A stretch of 64,000 nucleotides of DNA, from NCBI RefSeq assembly GCF_032444005.1, contig NC_091283.1, forward strand, positions 374,852,001 to 374,916,000, read 5' to 3'. Below, in pieces: positions 29,856 through 43,253 of the stretch. The notes beneath the pieces are model-generated. The model was not told where the DNA came from and did not search any database. It was given only the letters and a program-made list of their open reading frames with translations. Made by a program: the position numbers and the translations under genes. Each line of letters opens with the position of its first letter. Position 1 is the first letter of the stretch. This DNA is from Ranitomeya imitator. Lineage: Eukaryota.

Positions 29856-32800
29856 CTGTCAAGAATAAACCGGAGTTGTGTTATGACAATTTACAAAGCA
29901 TGTAAAAATATTTAATTGATTAAAAGTGTGGTACACTTAAGAGAACTATTAGGCCATGTTCACATGTTGCGGTTTTTATCGCGGATCCGCAGCGTTTTTA
30001 ACGCTGCAGATCTGCAGCAGTTTTCCACGCGGTCTACAGTACCATGTAAACCTATGGAAAACCAAATCCGCTGTGCACATGCTGCGGAAAAAAACACGCG
30101 GAAACACAGCGTTGTTTTTTCCACAGCATGTCAATTCTTTGTGCGGAACTGCAGCATTTCTGCACCCATTGACTTGCATTGAGTCAAGCACTTTCGAGGC
30201 AAAACCACAGATGGAAAAAAGATCTGCGGTTTAGCTGAGGAGGAAACGCTGCAGATCGGGAGGTGGGAAGAGTGTGGGCGGTGACTGCAAGTGTGTGCGG
30301 GCGGGGTCTGCGAAAACGTGGCCATCAGGCGCAATCCGGCGCTAATACAACTCTATGAGAAAAAAACGGATCCGGCGAAAAAAAAATGGATCCTTTTTTT
30401 TAAAATTCGCCAGATTATGCCTGACGGCAAAAACCTGATGTGTGAAAGTTGGCTACGTTCACATTAGCGTTGCGCGCCGGTGCGTCGGCGACGCAACGCA
30501 CGACGCACAAAAAACGTGCGCAAAAACGCTGCGTTTTGCGACGCGTGCATCGTTTTTTGACGAAAATCGGACGTACGAAAAATGCAACTTGCATTTTCTT
30601 GCGTCCGACGCTAGCGTCGGAAACGACGCACGTGTCGAAAAACGCACCCAAAAAAACGCACGCGTCCCCTATGTTAAACATAGGGGCGCGTCGCCGCTGC
30701 GTCGCCGACGCAACAGCGACGCACATTAGCGGAACGCTAATGTGAACGTAGCCGTAGCCTAACTATTCATATATCTATCGATCTCATTCCATCTATGTAT
30801 CTGTCTGTCTATCTATCTATGTGTGTAATGGAGTGTGGGTTGGACAAATGTAAAAGAGGAGGTTGGACAAGACATGAGATCACAAATCTTTTTTTTGTTC
30901 AATAATACATCTTTATTTAGCTTTCAAAAACGCACAAAAAAACGCATCAAAACCGCGCAAAGAACGCATCTGCGTTTTCTGCCAAGAGCTGCGGATTTAG
31001 TACAGAAAAATCCGCAGGCAAATCTGCAAGGTGTGCACATACCCTTAGTCTCTACTGACCTTGCCTCATACATGCTTTGTTAACCATGGTGCATTTGTGT
31101 TTTGACTTAGGCTACTTTCACACTAGCGTTGGTACGGGCCCGTCGCAGTGCGTCAGGCAGGCCAACGTACCGACGCATGCAGTGAAGTAAAATCACAACA
31201 GGGGCAGCGGATGCAGTTTTACAACGCATCCGCTGCCCCATTGTAAGGTCCGGAGAGGAGGGGGCTCCACTAGTGCCATTTTATACTCCTGTTTCCTGTT
31301 GTTTCAGGAAATCCACACATAAGTTAAGAGATCTACATGCACAGACTCAGACCTTATATTTTGCATTGAAGCATCTAGTGAGAATAAAGGGAGAAAATGA
31401 AATCAGCCGTGACATCACCTATTGTGAGTGAGTGGACCCGGTTTTATCAGCCTTGTATAGAGGTGTTACTTCTCACTGTAATCCTACGTGTGATGTTAAT
31501 GAGGCTCCTGAAAACCAGGGCTGTGGAGTCGGTAAACCAAACCTCCGACTCCAACTCCTCAATTTCCATGACTACGACTCCACAGCCCTGCTGAAAACTC
31601 AGGATTTGAATGAGTGAGCGCCAAGGTTTTGGAAATATTATATCCTAAGAGGGAGCTTTAAAATATATTTCGTAATCTAATATATAATTGCCAATCGGCT
31701 CTGTCACGGTTTTCGCGATTGTTTTGCTATCCCACAATCCACCGCAGCTGGAAGGCCATGAACTGCGCCTCCACAAGTGACCGCTATTCCGTCGGGAGAT
31801 CAGCGCCTGTAGCTGCGGCTCATCTCCCGCCGCAGGGAGGTCAGCGGCGACGCAGCCGGGAGATGAGCGGCGCAAGTCGCTCATCTCCCGGCTGCTCACA
31901 TCGGAACTACACCGACCGCCATATTGGAACACCCAAGTTATGGGTAATCCGATATGGTTGCCGAGATTCATATCCCCTGCCAAATCACGCGGCACCGCTC
32001 ATTGGCTGAGCGCCCCTGGCCTCAGCCAATGAGCGGCAAGGGATTCAAATCCCCCGCCGGCTAAGCCAATGAGCTTTGCCGCACGGCATTTGAATCCCCC
32101 AAGCCGCACGGCACCGCTCATTGGCTGAGCGTCCCTGGCCTCAGCCAATGAGCGGCGCGGGATTTAAATCCCCCGCCAAAGCCGCGCGGCTCCACTCATT
32201 GGTTGAGCCGCCAGCTGAGGTTTAGCTGGGATTCAAATCCCGCGCGGCACCACTCATTGGCTGAGCCAACCCTGGCCGTGCAGTTTTGGCGGATTCAAAT
32301 CCCGCATGGCACTGCTCATTGGCTCAGTTGTCAGGGCGGGGGATTTGAATACTGCGCCGCTCATTGGCTGAGCGGTGCAGAATTCAAATCCCCCGCCCTG
32401 CCGGCTGAGCAGTGCCGCGCAAGATTTGAATCCCTTGCCAAAGCCGCGTGGCCAGGGGCGGCTCAGCCAATGAGCAGCGCTGGATTCAAATCCTTCGCCC
32501 CGCTGGCTGAACCAATGAGCGGTGCCGTACAGCTTTGGCAGGGAATTCAAATCTCGCGTGGCACCGCTCATTGGCTGAGCCGCCTGCCGGCTGAGCCAAT
32601 GAGCGGTGCTGCGCAGGATTCAAATCCCCCGCCAAGGCGCGCGGCACCCCTCATCGGCTGAGCGATGTCGCGCGGATTTGGAGGGGAATTTGAAACTCGT
32701 GCCGCTCATTGGCTCAGCCGCCGGCAGCTCGGCCAATGAGTGGTGCCGCGCGGCTTTGGCGGGGGATTTCAATCCCGCGCCATGGCTGGCGACCAAACAG

Positions 32801-33744
32801 CTGCTAGCGGTATTGGCGCCAGATCTAAATACTGCTAGCAGCTGATGTTTATTTCACCGCACTCCTGATGCAATAGCATTGGGCATATTTCTAGTAACAC
32901 ATATTTCACAATCCAGCTCAAAAGGAAGTATTCCATTTGGTGGAAAGCCATTTGCTTTACTCGAATACAAAATTTTTAGTTATCTGAGGCCAAGCAGTCC
33001 ACATAAAAGGATGATAATCATGTTGTAAAAGTCAGGGAAATGTTTATACATAAAATAATTTGTCAGATATTTTGAAGTCTGAGGAGGATAATATTTTTGA
33101 ATAATGTTATTCCAGAAGCTTTGCTTCATTACAAGTGTGTGTACAGTAATCTCCATTACCTGGTGATGCGAGGGGCTGGGGAACCTCTATCAGAACATCC
33201 TTGTACTGATCTTTATATTCTTCTAAGTACTCCCACTCCTCCATGGAGAAATAAATGGCGACATCCTGACACCTTATAGGAACCTGAGACATAAAATGAT
33301 ACCATCATTACCTTGATCCCATCATAGCGTTACTGTATAATGTCCCAGCATTCCCAGCAGTGTCACCTCTCCAGTCAGCAGCTCAATCATCTTGTAGGTG
33401 AGTTCTAGGATCTTCTGGTCATCATGTATCAGGGGGTGAGGTGGAAGCCCCATGATTGGGCTCAGGGGTGTTCCCCATCCCTCAGATATAGGGGCCTGCC
33501 AGCGCTCACTAGAGGTCTTCTTCACTACTGTGTAATCCTGGTTTTGGAGAGACACATTAATAAATATCACTAAAGACATTTCCAGATTCCTCACCTTTCC
33601 AGTTTTGTCCATCTGTTATTCCCATAGATAAGAATGATGTAATGTGACGTCATCAGAATCTCTCACCTCTCCAGTAAGTCGGAATAGGATCTCTAGGGTG
33701 AGAGCTAACATTCTCTCCACCATTTCATCCCTTTCCCTATCCAT
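28834..33744 (-). CDS. FAX/KRAB-like C2H2 zinc-finger protein (XlCOF/XlCGF oocyte/gastrula type); join 33667-33744, 33367-33537, 33160-33283, 28834-29855; about 464 aa if spliced directly
   Basis: Canonical GT-AG sites with compatible phases (0,0,1); [12 protein letters not shown] and KMIELLTGE boxes, KRAB-A-like [20 protein letters not shown]; 8 complete fingers with TGEKP-type linkers plus a truncated ninth. Confidence 0.88.
29952..31044. mobile_element. Harbinger/PIF-like MITE with nested MITEs
   Basis: TTA-GGCCATGTTCACA...TGTGCACATACCC-TTA. Confidence 0.7.
30451..30753. mobile_element. Nested Harbinger/PIF-like MITE
   Basis: GGCTACGTTCACATTAGCG...CGCTAATGTGAACGTAGCC. Confidence 0.88.
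31110..31265. mobile_element. Truncated Harbinger/PIF-like MITE (left part only)
   Basis: TTA-GGCTACTTTCACACTAGCG, same terminus as the 36078 copy. Confidence 0.7.
31516..31590. mobile_element. 75-bp hAT-like mini-MITE
   Basis: Perfect 16-bp TIR CAGGGCTGTGGAGTCG; perfect 8-bp TSD CTGAAAAC. Confidence 0.92.
31676..32894 (+). mobile_element. Helitron-like element carrying a GC-rich CCAAT-box array
   Basis: A|TCTAATATATAATTGCC start; degenerate gatgc-aata-gcatt hairpin then CTAG|T end. Confidence 0.65.
31995..32745. repeat. CpG-rich patchwork repeat with 15 CCAATGAG octamers and repeated GGATTCAAATCC
   Basis: Counted by eye on both strands. Confidence 0.85.
33160..33283 (-). CDS. Zinc-finger gene KRAB-A-like exon
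   Basis: gtctcag|GTT acceptor, CAG|GTAATG donor, 124 bp, phase 0 to 1. Confidence 0.9.
33367..33537 (-). CDS. Zinc-finger gene exon DYTVVKK...IELLTGE (57 aa)
   Basis: aaccag|GAT acceptor, GAG|GTGACA donor, 171 bp. Confidence 0.88.
33667..33744 (-). CDS. Zinc-finger gene first coding segment [26 protein letters not shown] (exon open from acceptor at 33816)
   Basis: ATG 33744-33742; donor GAG|GTGAGA; upstream acceptor cattcag|GTC. Confidence 0.82.
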
Positions 33745-34214
33745 CCTTAATGGGTTTACCAGGTGAATTCTCTTATATAGAAGATCTTCACTGAGCGGAT
33801 CTGATATTGTAGGGACCTGAATGGGGAGAAGATGAGTTGATGTAATATCATAATAAATAGCATGTGAACATCATTGCTTAAATGGTGTGGTTTAGCCTCC
33901 TTATTTCACGGATTGCATTACAAAAGGTAAAATCTGCCATAATATCTGCAGCAGACATAGATTTGCTATGGATTTAAAAACGGCAGTGCTTCAACAGACT
34001 TCTATTTCTGATCATTCATTAGTTCTATTGAGTTTGGATCATCTAACCCACAGGTCGTTGATGATAGAAGGGTTAATATTTTTCTCAGTTCTATATATTG
34101 TTTAATACTATTTGTATAGTCTCATATTCAAGGACCCATATTTGGTCTATTATTTTCTTATCGCATATGCAATGTTCAGAGAAAACTGTTATGGGTAGTA
34201 TACTGGGAAAGGCA

Positions 34215-35156
34215 TCTACTATATAATTGTCTAAGGGTCACTTCCGTCTTTCTGTCTGTCCTTCTGTCACGGATATTCATTGGTCGCGACCTCTGTCTGT
34301 CATGGAATCCAAGTCGCTGATTGGTCTCGCCAGCTGCCTGTCATGGCTGCCGCGACCAATCAGCGACCGCCACAGTCCGATTAGTCCCTCCCTACTCCCC
34401 TGCAGTCAGTGCCCGGCACCCGCTCCATACTCCCTGCAGTCACCGCTCACACAGGGTTAATGCCAGCGGTAATGGACGGCGTTATGCCGCGGGTAACTCA
34501 CTCCGTTACCGCCGCTATTAACCCTGTGTGACCAAGTTTTTACTATTGATGCTGCCTATGCAGCGTCAATAGTAAAAGGATCTAATGTTAAAAATAATTT
34601 AAAAAATAAAAAATCATTATATACTCGCCTTCCGTTGCCTTTCCCGCTCCTCGTGACGCTCCGGTAACCACTCCATGCAAGCGGCAGGTTCCGGTGGCAA
34701 GGATGGTATGCGACAAGGACCTGCCATGACGTCATGGTTATGTGACCGCGACGTCATCACGGGTCCTGCGCTACCAACCCTGGGACCGGAAGCTGCCGAG
34801 TGCACCACACACAGGCGACATGACTACAAGGGCTCCCTCGGAAGGTGAGTATATGTTTATTTTTTAACCTGCGACATACATGACTGGCCAATATACTACG
34901 TGGCTGGGCAATATACTACGTGGCTCTGTGCTGTATACTACGTCGCTGTGCAATATACTACGTGGCTCTGTGCTGTATACTACGTCACTGGGCAATATAC
35001 TACGTGGCTGGGCAATATACGTCACTGGACAATATACTACGTGGCTGGGCAATATACTACGTGGGCTGTGCAATATACTACGTGGGCTGTGCAATATACT
35101 ACGTGGACATGCATATTCTAGAATAGCCGATGTGTTAGAATCGGGCCACCATCTAG
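34215..35156 (+). mobile_element. Helitron-like non-autonomous element with atatactacgtggct minisatellite
   Basis: A|TCTACTATATAATTGTC start; CCGAT...ATCGG hairpin then CCACCATCTAG|T. Confidence 0.8.
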
Positions 35157-36077
35157 TGATAAATAAAAGGTTTATAAAATATTTCTGAGAAGGTTGTGAC
35201 TGGTGCAACTTCAACTGGAATTTTTCATGCAGTGTTACTTTTGTCTGTAAATGGTAAAAGAAAACTGCATTCTCTTCGCTGAGTGCTCGTCACTAAGAGG
35301 GCCTAGTACCTCTTTTTTGGCATCACTTGTGATCCCGTAGTCTGACTTTGAGTCAGAGCAAAACAGCAACAACAGTTTTTTGACCCCAACATTTGGCCAT
35401 GGCCAACCAGTCTATTTGGAAGTCATACAGGGGATTCCTGAGAAAGTGAAACTTCTAGCTGCAGCAAGGTAAGAAGCCTTTTATTCTTAAATTTCATTTT
35501 ACTCTCTCTACGATTTCTCTGGATTTCTAAGTTGTAAACACCGTTCAAGAACTGGCATCACCAGTGAGTTGGGTGAATTTTTATGTATGTCTGTATGAGA
35601 GTTGAATAACAGTAATGAAATAGTCTACTAATTAGTACATAGTACAGAGTTGGGGTAGTATTTATACAATTTCATTGCTTAGGGCATCTTGAATGAACAG
35701 TACACTGGCCTAGGGCTGTGTTTATATAATGAGATGAAGATTCCCATCACATCTTTACAAGTCTTATGATTCTAGATGATTTTTGGAGGCCTATTTGGGT
35801 GATTTTATGAGCGAAAAACTAATTTGCTTGGATAATATTAATTTGCTTTGGGCAACGGCTAAAATGTTACCTAAAGGGCACATAATTTCATACTTTATTA
35901 GACAAAAGAAGATATTCTTTTCCACTAGACATCCCCACCTTTCAAACCTCAACAAAACCTAGAGACACCTTAAAATTTGAGGAACCCTAGTAGTAAAAGA
36001 ACACCATCTGCAAACTATGAAAGTCCTTGATTCTGTTCTCCATGAGCTGCCATTCAATTAGCATATCAAAAGAATAA

Positions 36078-36494
36078 GGCTACTTTCACACTAGCATCGT
36101 ACTCGGCCCGTCGCAGTGCGTCGGGTCGACGTACCGACGCATACTGTGGAAGCGTCGCACAACGGGGGCAGCGGATGCATTTTTCCAGCGCATCCGCTTC
36201 CCCATTGTGAGTGGCGGGGAGGTGGGGGCGGAGTTCCGGCCGCGCATGCGCGGTCGGAAATGGCGGACACGACGCTCAAAAAAAGTTGCAAGCAACGTTT
36301 TTTTGTTCGAATGGTCCGCCACAACATGACGCAACCGTCGCACGACGGTTGCGATGTGTGGCAATGCGCCGTAATGCGTCGTTAATGTTAGTTTATGGGG
36401 AAAAAACGCATCCTGCAGTTGCCTGCAGGATGCGTTTTTTACCCAAAACGACGAATTGCGACGTATCCCAAACGACGCTAGTGTGAAAGTAGCC
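36078..36494. mobile_element. Harbinger/PIF-like MITE
   Basis: GGCTACTTTCACACTAGC...GCTAGTGTGAAAGTAGCC; flanks TAA/CAA. Confidence 0.85.
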
Positions 36495-37314
36495 CAAGTA
36501 GTTCCATTGGGATAATAGGCCAGGTAGGTTACTTCTCTCAGATTTCATGTGAGAACTTCAGCTATTTCCTCCCCAACACATTGTATTGCCTGTGGTTGCA
36601 GATAGGTCAGGGTTTTCAGTCTTATTTTGCAGATCTTTCATGACAGTGTCTCTCTCCTGTCAGTGATTTTAATGAAATAGTGGAAGCCGGCACTATGCCC
36701 GATTGTGCTTACAGTGGCCCTACTCCCAATCTATTCTCACTAATACTATAATGTCCTCTCAAATTGGGTCTGTCCATAGACGTCCTGTCACACAAAATAT
36801 CAGATGTGTGATTGGGGAATTTTACAGATATGTGAATAAGAAATTAAAAGATTAAATGCTTGCCAGTATTGATGCTGATTAGTCTTTTGATAGTCTCCAG
36901 TCCATATCTATTCAGAAATCTTAAATGTGTTTTCTTTTTTTTAAACACTTTTTTTTAATAACATTTATACATACTGTATTATCTATTGTATTTTAGTTTC
37001 AACTACACTATATGGATAAATGGCATGCAGTGTAAATCCTTTGCCATCTCCAGGATCACAAAGGCAAGGCTGTCCCCTCTCCCTTCTATTGTATAACTTA
37101 ATTTTTAATACATTGTTAAAAGCTCTATTCACCCACTTGGCTTTTTACCTATTTTGTTGAATTTCAACCTGTGTTTAAATATTTTTGTAATCCCATTTCT
37201 GTGTGATGCATCAGCACTAAATAGTCTAAGTTGGGGAAGTGAAGTGAGAAAAATATGATCATGAGTTAAAAAAAACATTTGTAAGGCTCCGCAGTTAAAA
37301 CTCATAGGTTTTAC

Positions 37315-39597
37315 CTCCTTAGTGACATAGTCAATTTTGTACTTAATGGCTGAGCCAATTTTTACAATTCTGACCACTGTCACTTTATCAGGTCATAACT
37401 CTGGAACGCTTTAACGGATCCTGGTGAGTCGGAGAATGTTTTCTCGTGACATATTGTACTTTATGATAGTGGTAACATTTATTGCGTTTATTTATGAAAA
37501 AAACGGAAATATGGCGAAAATTTTTAAAATTTAGCAATTTTCAACCTTTCATTTTTATGCCCTTAAATCAGAGATATGTCACAAAAAATAAGAATAACAT
37601 TTCCCACATGTCTACTTTACATCAGCACAATTTTGGAAATATTTTTTTTTTTTGTTAGGAAGTTATAAGGGTTAAAAGTTGACAGCTATTTTTCATTTTT
37701 ACAACAAAATTTACAAAACCATTTTTTTTTTTAGGGGCCACATCACATTTGAAGTCACTTAGAGGGGTGTACATGACAAAAAATCCCCAAAAGTGACACC
37801 ATTCTAAAAACTGCACCCCTCAATGTGCTCAAAAGCACATTCAAGAAGTTTATTAACCCTTTATGTGCTTCACGGGAACTAAAGAAATGTGGATGGAAAC
37901 AATAAACTAACTTTTTCTCGCAAACATTTTACTTTAGAACCATTTTTTTTATTTTCACAAGTGTAAAAAGAGAAAACGAACCACGAAGGTTGTTGTGCAA
38001 TTTCTCCTGAATACACTGATACCCCATATGTGGGGGGGGGGGTAAACCACTGTGTGGGTGCACGGCAGAGCTCGGAAGGGAAGGAGCGCCATTTGACATT
38101 TTTAACACAGAATTGGCTGGAATTTAGATCAGACACATGTCGCTTTTGGAGAGCCCCTGTTGTGCCTAAACAGTGGAAACACAGCACAAGTGATACCATT
38201 TTGGAAACTAGACTCCCAAAGGAACTTATCTAGATGTGTGGTGAGCACTTTAAACCCCCAAGTGCTTCACAGAAGTTTATAACGTAGAGCCGTGAAAATA
38301 AAAAATCATACTTTTCCCACAAAAATTATCTTTTCACCCCCAAAGTTTTATTTTCCCAAGGGTAACAGGAGAAATTAGACCCCCAAAGATGTTGTGCAAT
38401 TTGTCCTCAGTATGCTGACACCCCAGATGTGGGGTAAACCACTGTTTGGGTGCATGGCAGGGCTCAGAAGGGAGGGAGCACCATTTGACTTTTTGAACTC
38501 AAAATTGACTGGAATCAATCGTGGCACCATGTCACGTTTGGAGACCCCCTGATGTACCTAAACAGTGGACACCCCCCAATTCTAACTCCATCCCTAACCA
38601 CAACACACCCCTAACCCTAATCCCAACCCAAACCATAACCCTAACCACAACCCTAACCCCAACACACCCCTAACCCTATTCCCAAACCTAACCCTAACAC
38701 ACCCCTAACCCTAATCCCAACCATAACCCTAACCACAACCCTAACCCCAACACACCCCTAATCCTAACCATAACCCTAATCACAAACCTAACCCCAACAC
38801 ACCCCTAACCATAACCCTAACCACAAACCTAACCCCCAACACACCCCTAATCCCAACCATAACCCTAACCCCAACACACTCCTAACCCTAATCCAACTCT
38901 AACCACAACCCTAACCACAATCCTAACCCTAACACACCCCTAATCGTAATCCCAAACCTAGCCCTAACCCCAATGCTAACCCTAGCCCAACTCACTTTGG
39001 CCCTACTCTAACCCACTAAAAATGGAAATATATATATATATAATTTTAATTATTTTTCCGCTAACTAAGGGAGTGATAAAGGGGGGTTCTATTTACTAAT
39101 TTTTATATTTTGATCACTGTGATAGGATCTATCACAGTAATCAAAATAAACCAATAGGAAAAATTTCCTATTGTTGCCGGGTGCATGCGCCTGCCATTTT
39201 CTCCCGGAAGCAGACACCAGCAGCTTGGGGGACTTCATGGGGGGATTCCTGGACACCACAGGTACCCGGGGGTTGATTGGAGGACCGGGGGACCATATTT
39301 CCCTCTCCTTTGATGTGCGATCACATCAGAGGAGAGAGAAATTAAATGGAGAATCAGACTTTTTTTGCGGTCGCCGTTATACCGTTAATAACGGCGATAG
39401 CAACGCCAGGGTCGGTAAAAACCGACCCAAATCATATTCTCTGGGGTCTCGGCTACCTCCAGCAGCCGAGACCCCGGAGAGAATCAGAGTCTGGGGAACG
39501 CTATACACTTTTTCCACAGCGCCATTAATTAACGGCGCTGTGGTTTAAGTTCCCTTAACTGCCGCAGTGAAAAGGCATATTGGCTGTCGTTATGGGG
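37315..39597. mobile_element. piggyBac-like non-autonomous element (older copy) with telomere-like tract
   Basis: Right end GGGG-TTAA; degenerate left end TTAC-CTCCTT; left part is the reverse-complement homologue of 62500-63160. Confidence 0.65.
38585..39015. repeat. Degenerate (CCCTAA)n-like tract
   Basis: Many ccctaa/cctaacc units mixed with acacac spacers. Confidence 0.85.
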
Positions 39598-39949
39598 TTA
39601 AATGTGAATGGAGGAACAACCACATTTTTAATGCACTAATAAATGTGAATTTTTATATTTGCTTACCTGTTTAATTGCTGGAGGATTCCCCTCTTGTTCT
39701 TCAAATTAAACTTATCGAAACAAAAAAACTAAACTAAAACTAAAATTTGGCATGTGGATATATTAACCCTTTTTGCTATATAGCCCCTAAAAATTTCTGG
39801 TGCAAGCAATTACTTTCATAAGTCACATGCTTAGTGAAAAGAAGTCCACCTGTCTGCAATTTAACTGTTGCATGTCTGTCAGTATACAATTTTCTGAAAG
39901 GCCACAGAGGCTGCAACATTATTAAGCAAGGAGCACCACTAACCAAACA

Positions 39950-40454
<505 letters not shown>

Positions 40455-40718
40455 TGAATCGATCACACCTGAAACAGCTGTAGTTCATCTCTCCTCTCCC
40501 CGCATGTCTTCCTGACCTGCACGTCCATTTCACTGTCTATGCCACGTATGGTGAAATAAAGGACTGTTGAAAGATTAGATTCAAAGTGGTGAGTACCGCA
40601 ATTTCTTTTTTTTTCTTTATTTTAAAAAAAATAAAATAAAACCAGTTAGAGAGGGAACGATAAGGATTTTTTAGTTACAATATATTGTAAAAAAGATTAT
40701 ATTATTACATTATATATA

Positions 40719-41703
40719 CCGTATAAGCCGAGATTTTCAGCCCATTTTTTTAGGCTGAAAGTGCCCCTCTCAGCTTATACCCGAGTCATTGTCCCAGCTG
40801 CCGGTGCCCGGAGACCATCTGTCAGTGCGAAGCATGGACCGCGCCGGGAGCAGGCGAGTGTAACGGGGGAGGGTAAGCATTCCGATATTCACCTGTCCCC
40901 GTTCAACCGCCGGGCTCTGTCTTCCATGTCCTCTGGCTGTGACATTCAGGTCAGAGGGCACGATGACGTGTTAGTGTGCGAGCCACCCTCTGCCTGAACA
41001 GTCACTGCGGAGAGACGGGATGCTAAGGAGCAGCAGGCAGCGACGAGAGGTGAGTATGTCATTTTTTATTTTTTTATTGCAGCAGATATACAGTACTGTT
41101 CATCATAGCATAAACTGCATCTTATGGGGCCATAATAGAAAAATATACCACATGTAATGCTGCATAAAAGTTTATGGAGCATCTTATGGGGCCATAATCA
41201 ACTTTTATGCAGCATTACATGTGGCACATTTTTCTATGCAGCATCTTATGGGGCCGTAATCACCTTTTATGCAGCACTATATGAGGCAAATTTTCTATGG
41301 AGCATCTTATGGGGCCATAATCAACCTTTATGCAGCATTACATGTGGCATATTTTTCTATGGAGCATATTATGGGGCCATAATCAACCTTTATGCAGCAT
41401 TATATGGGGCAAATTTTCTATGCAGCATCTTACGGGGCCATAATCAACTTTATGTAGCATTATATGGGCCCATCATGAACTTTATGGAGCATTATATGGG
41501 GCTCCTGATTCAATATGGATATTCAAAAACACTTAACCTACTGATGTCTCAATTAATTTTACTTTTATTGGTATCTATTTTTATTTTTGAAATTTATCAG
41601 TAGCTGCTGCATTTCCCACCCTAGGCTTATACTCGAGTCATTACGTTTTCCCAGTTTTTTGTGGCAAAATTAGGGGTCTCGGCTTATACTCAAGTATATA
41701 CAG
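40719..41703. mobile_element. Tc2/pogo-like non-autonomous element, reverse orientation, eroded TIRs
   Basis: CCGTATAAGCCGAG left end, ggcttatactcaagtatatacag right end, related minisatellite. Confidence 0.75.
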
Positions 41704-41787
41704 AACATTTAAAGTTAAAACCAACGTTACTTTCGGACCACTCCATTAACTCTTCTATCGCAATTAGTTCTCCACTTTACTTACTAA

Positions 41788-42209
41788 GGTCGGTTTCACA
41801 TTAGCGTTGCAGAGGGCTGCGGACTTCCTCCGTGAAGCCCCGCCCTCGGACGCACCTCCGCCGCTAGCTCCGCCTACTTCTGCATGCAGCCGGCATGCAG
41901 CCAGCGTACCTATCTTTAACATTAGGTACGCAGGTCGTGCCGCTGTATGCGGATGCTTCCGCATGCGTCGTTTTGACGATGCGGCGACCAGCGTAGAACG
42001 CAGCTTGTAGCAATTTTTTTTCTCCGCATCATCAAAACGACACATGCGGAAGCATCCACATACAGCGGCACGACCTGCGTACCTAATGTTGAAGATAGGT
42101 ACGCAGGCCGCATGCCGGCCGCATGCAGAAGTAGGCGGAGCTAGTGGCCGAGGGCAGGGTTTCACGGAGGAAGTCCGCAGCTCCTCAAAATGCTAGTGTG
42201 AAACTAGCC
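41788..42209. mobile_element. Harbinger/PIF-like MITE
   Basis: GGTCGGTTTCACATTAGC...GCTAGTGTGAAACTAGCC; flanks TAA/TTA. Confidence 0.75.
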
Positions 42210-43253
42210 TTACTGCAAAGTAAATAGGAGGTCACACTAGACTCATATCCTGTCGGGTTCGGTAATGATTTTACAGAACCCGACAATTGAATTATCGGCT
42301 ACTCTGCTATCTAGCTCTGTATCTATATATATATATATAATTGCCTAAGGGGTACTTCCGTCTGTCTGTACATCCGTAACTGGCCGCGACCAATCAGCGA
42401 GATTGGGGCGGGATTTGAACACGGCTTCACTTTTTACTATTGATGCTGCCTATGCAGCATCAATAGTAAAAACATAGAATGTTAAAAATAATTTTAAAAA
42501 AACAAACATTATATTCTCACCTTCCGAAGGCCGCCGCAGCCTTTCGCGCTCTGAGATTACGTAGCGGTCTCTCGAGACCGCTACATGATCTCGACTCATT
42601 GTCACAATGCATTCTTGGGACCGGAGCGCGAGGAGCATTGGTAAAGGCCTCGGCTGGATTTTTATTTTATTTTTTATTTTAATTGTTTTTTTTTTAACAG
42701 GAATATGGTGCCCACATTGCTATATACTACGTGGGCTGTGTTATGTACTACTTGGCCTGTGTTATATACTGTGTTGGCTTTGTTATATACTGCATGGGCT
42801 GTGCTATATACTACGTCGCTGTGCTATATACTACGTGGCCTGTGTTATATACTGCGTGGGCTGTGTTATATACTACGTGGGCTGTGCTATATACTACGCG
42901 CCTGTGCAATATACTACGTGTCTGTGTTATATACTGCGTGGGCTGTGCTATATACACTATGTTCCAAATTATTATGCAGATGACATTTTTCTCGGATTTT
43001 CCTAAATGGTCGGTGCAAATGACAGTCAGTCTAATAAAAGTCATCACCCGTTAGTATACATCAAATTTTATTGAAGAAACCTCCCAATGATAACAGTATA
43101 ATCTCCAAAATGAATAAAAACTCAAAATGCACTGTTCCAAATTATTAGGCACAGTAAAATTTCTAAACATTTGATATGTTTTAAAGAACTGAAAATGCTC
43201 ATTTGTGGAATTTGCAGCATTAGGAGGTCATATTCACTGAACAAAAAAAGCTA

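Noticed and set aside
34864-35214. Tyr/Cys-rich ORFs (also 42607-43054)
   Set aside because: Frames through the atatactacgtggct minisatellite.
35340-35468. Plus-strand exon candidate ending AAG|GTAAGA
   Set aside because: Weak acceptor, stops in the frames I could follow, no partner exons.
39665-39712. Minus-strand micro-exon candidate with CAG|GTAAGC donor
   Set aside because: The protein-like frame (EEQEGNPPAIKQ) has an upstream TAA and no convincing acceptor.
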